64,000 nucleotides of DNA from Deltaproteobacteria bacterium (GTDB lineage Bacteria > Myxococcota_A > Polyangia > JAAYKL01), in contig JAFGWT010000062.1 of NCBI GenBank assembly GCA_016937015.1, forward strand, positions 2,609 through 66,608, in the 5' to 3' direction. Positions within the stretch are counted from its first letter, which is position 1. The number at the start of each line of letters is the position of its first letter. A program made the position numbers and the translations under genes. The notes beneath the pieces were generated by a model. The model saw only the letters and a list, made by a program, of their open reading frames with translations, had not been told where the DNA came from and ran no database searches. Shown here piece after piece: positions 56,841-64,000 of this stretch.

Positions 56841-57103
56841 TTTTTCTCTCCATCAGATGCGGGATTCTTCTGAATCGACAATTTACCAATCGACAGTCTG
56901 CCGTCAAGTTGCTCCATGGCGGCTGCCGCAGCGCGTTTATTTTCTTCCATAATCTCCATGTGTATTTCCATCCGGTTCACCGGAATATTTCGCGGTGTAT
57001 CGATGGCCAGTCTTACGTTTCTCCCTCGAATTTCCTTCACTGTCACAACAATGTCATTACCAATAACGATACTTTCGCCCTTTTTTCTGCTTAAAACTAA
57101 CAT
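56837..57103 (-). CDS. csrA: Carbon storage regulator
   Basis: MLVLSRKKGESIVIG..VRLAID.PR.IPVNR.EI. Confidence 0.95.
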   Translation of the reverse strand: MLVLSRKKGESIVIGNDIVVTVKEIRGRNVRLAIDTPRNIPVNRMEIHMEIMEENKRAAAAAMEQLDGRLSIGKLSIQKNPASDGEKK

Positions 57104-57135
57104 ACGCCTTATGCCTTCCTGGCTTTGCGCAGCGG

Positions 57136-58014
57136 CTACAGGTGGGTAAGCAATGTGTTGTCCGTCACCTTTCTGGCAACACTCATTGCTTCCTGCAACG
57201 CGCTGGCGGTTTCGTTCAATCTCATGAATGTATCTACCGGGTCAATATCGATCACAGAAGATTCCTCTTTCGTCAAGCTATCTTCCAAAGTCTGACGCAC
57301 ATTTTCCGAAACGTCCAGGCGATTTAATTTCAATCCCACATCAGTTCGCACATTGGTGACCTGAGCAATGCAGGTATCCAGCGTTCCGATGGCCGTTTGG
57401 ATGCCCACATCGTCATCAGCCAGAAGCGCTGTCCGAAGCGCCTCCAGTTCCGCAAAAACGTCGATGCCGCCAACCAAAGTGAATGCGTTTTCTCCTGAAA
57501 CACCCACCTCCGCGCGGCTGGATGGCCCTACATCGACTTCCTTTATATTGCTGTCACCAACATAGGTGCCATCGGGCAAAAACGGCCGGGTATCGGTCAT
57601 AAAACCGGCAAAAATAAATTCCCCTGCGGCCTCAGTGTTCGCCACGGTCAGCATCGATTCATACAGACTCTCCACTTCCTGCGCACTGATTGTCCGCTCC
57701 GGCGGCGCTGTCAGTTCATTTCCCATGGCCAATGCGATTTCCTTGGCGCGTATCAGCAGATTGGTGGCTTCTTCCAGCGCGGTATCCGCTGTATCAAGCT
57801 GTGTTTTTGAACGGGTGATATTTGTCTCATAATGAAGCGTCGCCTGTTTGGCCTCTCTAAGCATTCGCACTCGCTCTGCGCTGACCGGGTCTGTATCAAT
57901 GCCCTGAAATTTCTTTCCGGTCGCTGACTGCTCCTGAAGTTCAAACAGATTGCTGCGCTGCCCCGCCACGTCCCGTGTTCCCCGTCTGTAAATCATCTGG
58001 TCAGTGATTCTCAT
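57136..58014 (-). CDS. flgL: Flagellar hook-associated protein 3
   Basis: MRIT, ATGKK...DP, ANT....FIFAG..T...PF, RTDVG..LNRL. Follows flgK. Confidence 0.9.
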   Translation of the reverse strand: MRITDQMIYRRGTRDVAGQRSNLFELQEQSATGKKFQGIDTDPVSAERVRMLREAKQATLHYETNITRSKTQLDTADTALEEATNLLIRAKEIALAMGNELTAPPERTISAQEVESLYESMLTVANTEAAGEFIFAGFMTDTRPFLPDGTYVGDSNIKEVDVGPSSRAEVGVSGENAFTLVGGIDVFAELEALRTALLADDDVGIQTAIGTLDTCIAQVTNVRTDVGLKLNRLDVSENVRQTLEDSLTKEESSVIDIDPVDTFMRLNETASALQEAMSVARKVTDNTLLTHL

Positions 58015-58027
58015 CGCACATCTCCCG

Positions 58028-59428
58028 TTACGCACCCATACTCAAAATGGTCTGGATCATCTGATCCGTGGTGGTGATGATTCTGGCTGACGCCTGGTAT
58101 GCCCGCTGGTATGCGAGCATGAAAGTCAACTCCTCATCCATTGCAACGCCGGACGCCGAATCGCGAATCGTTTCCACATTCGCAATGGTGTTCTGGGTCA
58201 CTTTGGTGGAATCGTTCGCTCGTCTGGCATCCACCCCCACCTGTCCCACAATATTGGCATATGCTTCATTGAAGGTAAGGGTGCCACCGGACGCAAGTAA
58301 CAGCTCCGGAATATTGGCCATGGCAATGGCGTTCACGTTATCGCCCGAAGCGCCGGTCGCTGCGCCCGCCGCCGCGAGGTTCTCCGGAATGCCATCCACG
58401 TCTGCTGAAAGTGCCATATTCTGTGCGGCGTTGGCAACCACACCACCCAGATCCGCGAAGAAGTTGCGTCCGCCAACCGCGTCAAGACCGAACCCCGCTG
58501 CGTGCTGTGCATTGAAAGCCACTGTAATATCGTACGCCAACTGATCGAATTCCGTCTGATATACAGGAATAATATTATCACGCAGGTCGATGGTTCCGCC
58601 CATGCGGGAGCCGACGAGTCGATTGGTAATATTTGTTGTGGCGCCATTGGATGAGACATACTCCACCTGCGCGGTGCCCGGAGCGGCCGTCGGACTGACG
58701 TACAGGGTTGAAAAGCCGTTGTCTTCAACCAGCGGCATTCCGCCTTCGAGAAAAACAGTGTATTGCCCATCATTATTCTCGATATAATTTACATGCACGT
58801 GTTCAGACAGTTCCAGCACGAGTCGGTCTCTGGTATCCTGATTATCCGACGCATCGTGCCCCAGCGCCAGTTGCATTGAAATCTGTTTATTCAGCTCAGC
58901 GATCTCCTCCACACGTGAATTCACCTCCGAAGCGCTGGTCCGCAATAAATCGTCAAGGCCACGCCGCACCCCTTCCATTTCGGTGGATACCCGATCAAAG
59001 GTTTCGGTCAGTTCCTCGCCACGAACCAGCACCTCCATGCGCGATGTTAAATCCGACGGATTTGATTCCAGAGTGCGAAGTGCTCCAAAGAAATTGTCCA
59101 GCGCCGCCCCCAACCCGGTATCCTGAAGGTCGTTGAAGAGATCACTCACATGCTCAAGGATTTCTGACTGCTGTTTGAAAAAGCCAAGACTGCTCTCTTC
59201 CTCGATTAGACGAGCCGAAGCAAATTCATCAACGTATCGAACAATACCCTGTACGTCCACCCCGCCCCAGTCGCCCTGCGCCTCCAGCATCAGCTGCTTG
59301 CGGCTATACCCTTCGGTATTTACATTGGCGACGTTCTGCCCGACCACATTAATCCCCACCTGCTGACTCATGAGCGATTGTCGCGCGATGTGGAGATTAC
59401 CGATAATATTGCTCGTTAACACTGTCAT
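58028..59428 (-). CDS. flgK: Flagellar hook-associated protein 1
   Basis: GQNVANVNTEGYSR, D.RD.L..ELS, SGVAMDEE...YQRAYQASARII. Confidence 0.95.
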   Translation of the reverse strand: MTVLTSNIIGNLHIARQSLMSQQVGINVVGQNVANVNTEGYSRKQLMLEAQGDWGGVDVQGIVRYVDEFASARLIEEESSLGFFKQQSEILEHVSDLFNDLQDTGLGAALDNFFGALRTLESNPSDLTSRMEVLVRGEELTETFDRVSTEMEGVRRGLDDLLRTSASEVNSRVEEIAELNKQISMQLALGHDASDNQDTRDRLVLELSEHVHVNYIENNDGQYTVFLEGGMPLVEDNGFSTLYVSPTAAPGTAQVEYVSSNGATTNITNRLVGSRMGGTIDLRDNIIPVYQTEFDQLAYDITVAFNAQHAAGFGLDAVGGRNFFADLGGVVANAAQNMALSADVDGIPENLAAAGAATGASGDNVNAIAMANIPELLLASGGTLTFNEAYANIVGQVGVDARRANDSTKVTQNTIANVETIRDSASGVAMDEELTFMLAYQRAYQASARIITTTDQMIQTILSMGA

Positions 59429-59437
59429 TGCAGCCTC

Positions 59438-59857
59438 TTACGCTATAATCTCCCGACGGGTAACAGGAGAGCGCATTTTTGCCGGTCGGTTCATGTATCC
59501 ATGCTGACCGTATGTTTGCGTTTGCCCGTTCATTTTAATCATCAGTGATAAAATGCCGGTGTAATACTGATGCATATGTTCAATCAGCAGATGATTTGAA
59601 TTTGCCAGGTCACGTACCTGCCGGCCAAGCCTGCGAATTTCCATCGCCAGATCGGTTTTTGGCGTTTTCAAACCCTCAAGCATGGTTGAAATTCGAAGTT
59701 TTTCCTCGGCCAGTTCTCCAACCAGTCTGGCGTCCCCTTTAAGAAGTGCGGTATTTTCCTTTTCCAGCACTGCCCGCATCTCCTGCAGCACCTGAATCAT
59801 AAGGCGCTCCTCAGTTTCAGCGCCGACGTTATTGGTGGTCGAAATACTTTCCATCAT
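59438..59857 (-). CDS. flgN: FlgN-like export chaperone
   Basis: Helical LEKE..AL...D...L..EK...N..LI...TYG..G, immediately upstream of flgK. Confidence 0.65.
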   Translation of the reverse strand: MMESISTTNNVGAETEERLMIQVLQEMRAVLEKENTALLKGDARLVGELAEEKLRISTMLEGLKTPKTDLAMEIRRLGRQVRDLANSNHLLIEHMHQYYTGILSLMIKMNGQTQTYGQHGYMNRPAKMRSPVTRREIIA

Positions 59858-60155
59858 TTGCTCCGTCTGTCAGATAGGTGGCTTTAAATACGCGCTTCAA
59901 TTCCTTTTCGAGCATCTTTTTACTCGTTTCATACGGATCGGGCATGGGGCCATCGGCAGTTGTCTGAACCTGTTCCACAGCTTCAACCTGTTCCGTATGG
60001 GCTGCTGCCTGCGCGGCATCACTGAGTTCGACGGAATCAACATAGTCCACACTCTCCACTTTCCGTGTATTGGAAGACTGTGTCGAACCGTATTTTTTTT
60101 GGGCGCCACCGGTCTTGGATACTGATGAGCCACTTCCTGTTTTTGATACCTTCAC
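59829..60155 (-). CDS. FlgM-like anti-sigma28 factor (divergent)
   Basis: Small protein with a low-complexity N-terminus and DSVELSDAA motif. Lies between flgJ and flgN and has an upstream sigma28-like promoter. Confidence 0.55.
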   Translation of the reverse strand: MKVSKTGSGSSVSKTGGAQKKYGSTQSSNTRKVESVDYVDSVELSDAAQAAAHTEQVEAVEQVQTTADGPMPDPYETSKKMLEKELKRVFKATYLTDGANDGKYFDHQ

Positions 60156-60193
60156 CTTGCACCTCCAGAGGTCTGCAAAAGGGTCTATCGTCT

Positions 60194-61300
60194 CTATTGA
60201 TTAATGTCGGTACTTACATTAAATCCTTGAGAAAATCCGCGAGACGAATCAGGTTTATCTGTAATACTCGCGCCCGGCCGATGACTGCCAACCGTCACGT
60301 AGCCCTGTTCCGCCGCACTGGCCTTTTTGGGTTCCAGAACTTCAATTCGCGCAAGCCCTCCCCGTCCGTTGCCCGCAACACCTTCCACACGCCACATTCG
60401 CCTGCCGTACGACGCGCCGTTACCAGTCGCTTCCCACCCCGAATACTCAAGCGCAACAATATCACCGTCGCCATTTCGCTGAACGCGATGAATCCGATCC
60501 GCCACAGCCATGTGGCCCACTTTGTCACCGGCGCCACTGCCGGCCAAAAGCAATGGGACGCCGGCGTATGCCTTGCCATCCATTTGGTCCTTAGACATAT
60601 CTGTAATCACGCTGGCCCAGCTGCCGACCTTGCCCTTTTCGGCCATTTGGGTAGTCGTATCCGCCCCCATAAATCCCCAACCGTGACTTCTGGCGGTGAT
60701 CGGCACGGTGTATCCCCCTCGTCGCAACATTTCGAACGCAAAAAGATTACATTTGGGAAAGCCTTCGTATCCGTTGGCATCATTCACATTGAATGCTGCA
60801 ATACCATCCGCTTCCCTTGTTGCGATGTCCGCGCCCAAATCCATGGGCGTAAGGGCGCCATCTTTGGACCATCGGGATGCGGAGACATCATCAACAAATG
60901 ACATGGCCGTCTGATACAGCGCCGCGTTTGAGGGTGGTGCACCGGTTTTCTGCGCAACGGCGCGATACGTTTCCATGGCGCCGGCTGCGCCAATCCCTCG
61001 CAATCCAGGTGATGCGACATCGCCGGCATTGTTACTTCCCGAAACCCCACCCAGCGCCTGTTGCAGCATGTCTGCGATTCCAAGATGCCCGCCCGCCTGT
61101 TCCGCCAACACGGACGCATACATGTCCTGATACATTTCGGACTGAAAACTGCTGCCAAACAATTCCGATTTGCCCACCGACTCCGTCATGCTTTTCATCA
61201 ACTCTTTGAAAAGCATCGACTCCATGGCGCCGGCAGCCTCTTTAATGTTTGTTATCTGCGGGGTATTGTTAAACCCTGCACCTATGGCGCCAACTGGCAT
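60194..61300 (-). CDS. flgJ: FlgJ-like rod-binding protein with atypical C-terminal Cys/His domain
   Basis: Rod-binding motif AA..MES.L..ELMKSM...FG....EMYQDM...LA......GIADML. Follows flgI. The C-terminus has PKCNLF...GHMAV. Confidence 0.75.
   Translation of the reverse strand: MPVGAIGAGFNNTPQITNIKEAAGAMESMLFKELMKSMTESVGKSELFGSSFQSEMYQDMYASVLAEQAGGHLGIADMLQQALGGVSGSNNAGDVASPGLRGIGAAGAMETYRAVAQKTGAPPSNAALYQTAMSFVDDVSASRWSKDGALTPMDLGADIATREADGIAAFNVNDANGYEGFPKCNLFAFEMLRRGGYTVPITARSHGWGFMGADTTTQMAEKGKVGSWASVITDMSKDQMDGKAYAGVPLLLAGSGAGDKVGHMAVADRIHRVQRNGDGDIVALEYSGWEATGNGASYGRRMWRVEGVAGNGRGGLARIEVLEPKKASAAEQGYVTVGSHRPGASITDKPDSSRGFSQGFNVSTDINQ
60204..60230 (-). promoter_or_regulatory. Candidate sigma28 promoter for flgM-flgN-flgKL
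   Basis: Minus strand TCAA-N15-ACCGACAT inside the flgJ 3' end, about 50 bp before the GTG start. Confidence 0.5.
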
Positions 61301-62421
61301 TACTGCACCTCAATTTCGGCATTTATTGCGCCAGCCGATTTCAAAGACTGAAAAATAATGATCATATCCGCCGGCTTTACACCAAGCGTATTTAGGGCAT
61401 TGACCAAATCACCAACAGATGTGGTCTCGGGAACATAGTGCAAATCACCAGGGGCGAATGTAACATTCACATCCGTGTTTTCAACTTCAACTGTCTGACC
61501 GCCCGCCAACGGCGCGTTTGGCTGGACCACTTCCTTTTCGTCCGTTATTTCCACTGTCAGACCGCCGTGGGCAATCGCAGCTGGACGCAATCGGACTTCG
61601 GAACCCGCCACAACGGTTCCCGTTCGCTCGTTAATAACGATTTTGGCGAGCCCTTCCACCCGAACATCCACATTGCCAATCGCCGCAATCAATCCGACGG
61701 TGTTGCGATGGTATTCCGAAGGCACCTTCACTGTTATATTTCCGGCATCATGCGCCGTGGCATACTGTCCCTTAAGCACTTCATTAATTTTTACCACCGC
61801 ATCAGCAGCCACGAGAAAACTGGGCGATTTCAATGCAAAGCGGATAACATCCTCTCTGGCAAACGAGCTGCGAATCTCACGTTCAATCAGGGCCCCACCG
61901 GGCACACGGCCGGCAGTGGGATGATTCGCTGTGGTACTGCTGCCGCCACTGGAAGCGGATACGCCCCCTACGCTAATCGGTCCCTGCGCCACCGCGTAAA
62001 TCTGACGATCCGCGCCTCTAAGCGGCGTTTGAATCAGAGTGCCACCTCGCAGACTTTTGGAATCCCCAAGGGAGGACACCGTGACATCGAGTTTCTGCCC
62101 CATTGCGGCAAACGCTGGAATTTCCGCTGTGACAATTACTGCCGCCACATTCTTTATCTTCATCGTATCAGGGTTCACACGAACTCCCAGGCGGCGAAGC
62201 ATCGCTGCAACCGATTGCAGGGTAAATTCCGCTTTGGCGCCGTCGCCAGTGCCGTTCAATCCAACAACAATTCCATATCCCACTAACTGATTGGGTCTTG
62301 CGCCAACGAGGTCAGTCATATGCTTAAAGGAATCCGCATGAGCAGCGCCTGCTGAACACATGGCAGCTGCGACAATTATAGCCATTAATAATCCCTTTAA
62401 CCGTTGCATCTGTGCTGCCAT
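61300..62421 (-). CDS. flgI: Flagellar P-ring protein
   Basis: R.NQLVGYGIVVGLNGTGD, KNVAAV, GDSKSLRGGTL, YAVAQG, INERTGTVV. Confidence 0.97.
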   Translation of the reverse strand: MAAQMQRLKGLLMAIIVAAAMCSAGAAHADSFKHMTDLVGARPNQLVGYGIVVGLNGTGDGAKAEFTLQSVAAMLRRLGVRVNPDTMKIKNVAAVIVTAEIPAFAAMGQKLDVTVSSLGDSKSLRGGTLIQTPLRGADRQIYAVAQGPISVGGVSASSGGSSTTANHPTAGRVPGGALIEREIRSSFAREDVIRFALKSPSFLVAADAVVKINEVLKGQYATAHDAGNITVKVPSEYHRNTVGLIAAIGNVDVRVEGLAKIVINERTGTVVAGSEVRLRPAAIAHGGLTVEITDEKEVVQPNAPLAGGQTVEVENTDVNVTFAPGDLHYVPETTSVGDLVNALNTLGVKPADMIIIFQSLKSAGAINAEIEVQ

Positions 62422-62427
62422 TCCTTT

Positions 62428-63267
62428 CTAAATCGGGCTGTACTTGTCGGCCAGTTGCTGAAGCCATCCAGGTGATTGCTTGTCGGAAATAACGCCTCGC
62501 CCGGAGAATTCAACCTGTGCGTCTGCGATTAACGATGACAACACGGAGTTGTCCGGACGCACGTCACTCTGTCGAATTGCGCCACTCACGTAAAAATGCA
62601 GTTCTTCAGCATTTATTAATATGACCTTGTGTCCTTCGACAAACAGATCGCCATTGGGCAATACTTTCTTCACTCGAACGGCTATTCGGCCTTCCAACTG
62701 GCTCGCACGGGAGGTGCTTCCATCCCCAGAGAAATCGCTGCTGCTCATCAATCCGATCAGTTTTTCAGATTCAATGTCCGGATACGCTTCGACGAGCGCA
62801 GTCATCAGTCCAAAGAATTTACTCATTCCCGCATCCATCGATGACTGGTCATTCAGCGTTGTACTGGCATCTCCGGACCCTTTTTGCTTTTCGTCTATCA
62901 CCACCGTCAGAATGTCCCCAATCCGTGATGCGCGAAGATCTTCAAAAAGACTGGGGCTGGAATCAGACCAGATGGATCCGGTCTGATCGGGCCGGGCAAC
63001 CTGCACTTCTTCGTATTCCTTAGGGTCGTACATTCTCTCTCTCGGCGTATAGGCACGGATATGACGAGGCTCGCATCCGGCAAGCAGGAGCGCCATTACG
63101 CCAGTAATTGTAAAAACAAATCGTGCATTTCTGCCGCACCGAAATAGCACTCCCCCCGTTAAAAAGAGGTAATTCTGAGAAACCTCCCCCTTTTCCAAAG
63201 GGGGCAAGGGGGATTTTCGTCTGGGAAATCGTGCCGTCAAATCCATTTTTCGGTAACAACCTTTCAT
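62428..63267 (-). CDS. flgH: Flagellar L-ring lipoprotein
   Basis: Lipobox LLAGC, GSIW, LFEDLRA..GDILTV, VLPNGDL.VEG.K, IADA. ATGA overlap with the flgA stop. Confidence 0.93.
   Translation of the reverse strand: MKGCYRKMDLTARFPRRKSPLPPLEKGEVSQNYLFLTGGVLFRCGRNARFVFTITGVMALLLAGCEPRHIRAYTPRERMYDPKEYEEVQVARPDQTGSIWSDSSPSLFEDLRASRIGDILTVVIDEKQKGSGDASTTLNDQSSMDAGMSKFFGLMTALVEAYPDIESEKLIGLMSSSDFSGDGSTSRASQLEGRIAVRVKKVLPNGDLFVEGHKVILINAEELHFYVSGAIRQSDVRPDNSVLSSLIADAQVEFSGRGVISDKQSPGWLQQLADKYSPI
63151..63216. repeat. REP-like palindromic element (CCCCCTTT-tcc-AAAGGGGG-caagggggattt) with a degenerate second copy
   Basis: 8-bp perfect stem at 63186-63204, and a related tccccccgttaaaaagagg at 63151-63169. 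Confidence 0.65.
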
Positions 63268-64000
63268 CTTGTAACCACACCCAGTCCAGCGGCTATCACC
63301 TCTGCAAAAAGAACTTTTCCCACTGAAGGAATTTCAACAGCAATGCGTTTACCGCGCACGGCGTCCTGACGCGCAATACCCCGTGCTGAAATTCGAATTC
63401 CATTTATTTTGGAAACAACCGTAATGGCATCCCCCCGAAACACAACGGGGACTTCCGTCATATGACGGTTTTCAAAGAAATTTCCCTGGTTAATGGTCCC
63501 GAGACTCCGCTTTCCGATAATGTCCTCAGCGCTCAGTATTGCGTTACGGTGGGAAGTATCCATTTTTACCCGTTTCATCTCAATCGCGTCTGGCAGTATT
63601 ATCTCGTTGCGCTGAATGTCTCGGGACGCCACTGGTACATCCACCATGTATGACATGCGGCATAGTATAAAAGCCTTTCGAAAAGGCACCCCTTCTTCCA
63701 AAAAAACAACGGTTACGTTTCGCGTGCGGGCGGCGCCAATACTCTCATCGTACAAAGCCCTTGCTTCCCACGGTCCGGTTGGCGTTTGCCCTGCTGTGAC
63801 TTTACCCATTTCGTCCAGTACGACGCCATCGGGCAACACATCAATTATTGCTTTTCTGGCCGCATCGGTCATCTGTTCTGCGCTGACACTGCGTGATGTA
63901 CGCAATACACGGAAGGACCGGGGCAATCGCTTTTTGCCAACTGAAAATCCTGCGGCGTCCAGTGAACGAATCACATCATTGGCGTAGATGGTTGAGCGTT
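63264..64000 (-). CDS. flgA: Flagellar P-ring chaperone, 5' end outside window
   Basis: SAF domain VPVASRDI.R..II, VFRGD.ITV, G.A.QDA..G..I.V. The frame is open to the window edge. Confidence 0.85.
   Translation of the reverse strand, partial: RSTIYANDVIRSLDAAGFSVGKKRLPRSFRVLRTSRSVSAEQMTDAARKAIIDVLPDGVVLDEMGKVTAGQTPTGPWEARALYDESIGAARTRNVTVVFLEEGVPFRKAFILCRMSYMVDVPVASRDIQRNEIILPDAIEMKRVKMDTSHRNAILSAEDIIGKRSLGTINQGNFFENRHMTEVPVVFRGDAITVVSKINGIRISARGIARQDAVRGKRIAVEIPSVGKVLFAEVIAAGLGVVTR

Noticed and set aside
1..64000. CRISPR arrays, rRNA, transposases, integrases, phage genes
   Set aside because: No repeat-spacer periodicity or recognisable motifs were seen. Nearly all sequence is explained by the CDSs listed.

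Overview
A gene-dense bacterial chromosome segment. No rRNA, tRNA, CRISPR array, transposase or phage gene was seen. The content suggests a flagellated, probably anaerobic Myxococcota/Deltaproteobacteria-type organism (inference from a Ser/Thr kinase-sigma54 fusion, a GltF/CglF-like peptide, DUF4349 lipoproteins, a CxxxY-type CcmE and a delta-type che cluster). In order, the window holds: a GATase fragment; a Memo-AMMECR1 fusion; a hybrid kinase; DsbA; pgk-like/tpiA/secG; a 1675-aa kinase-sigma54 activator; ablAB (N-epsilon-acetyl-beta-lysine); c-di-GMP enzymes; an ECF sigma/anti-sigma pair followed by GltF-like, DUF4349 and CcmE genes; a nucleosidase/SPL-like radical SAM/SDR trio beside a B12-radical SAM and a GT4; a hemerythrin diguanylate cyclase; a che cluster; two enhancer-binding proteins; a GH10 lipoprotein; a cobalamin-riboswitch-controlled cobamide uptake and remodelling operon; and the flgA-H-I-J-M-N-K-L-csrA-fliW flagellar block. 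The most notable observations are: (1) the full-length PGK has lost essentially all substrate-binding residues; (2) the SPL-like enzyme lacks the SP-lyase radical-relay residues and is coupled to a nucleosidase and an SDR; (3) FlgJ carries an apparent Cys/His papain-like domain instead of GH73; (4) one ECF-type promoter motif is shared by the sigma gene and the GltF-like gene; (5) CheA has two Hpt domains and an MshEN-like motif; (6) a palindromic repeat sits in frame in the FlgH signal peptide. All assignments come from reading motifs by eye; no database searches were run.
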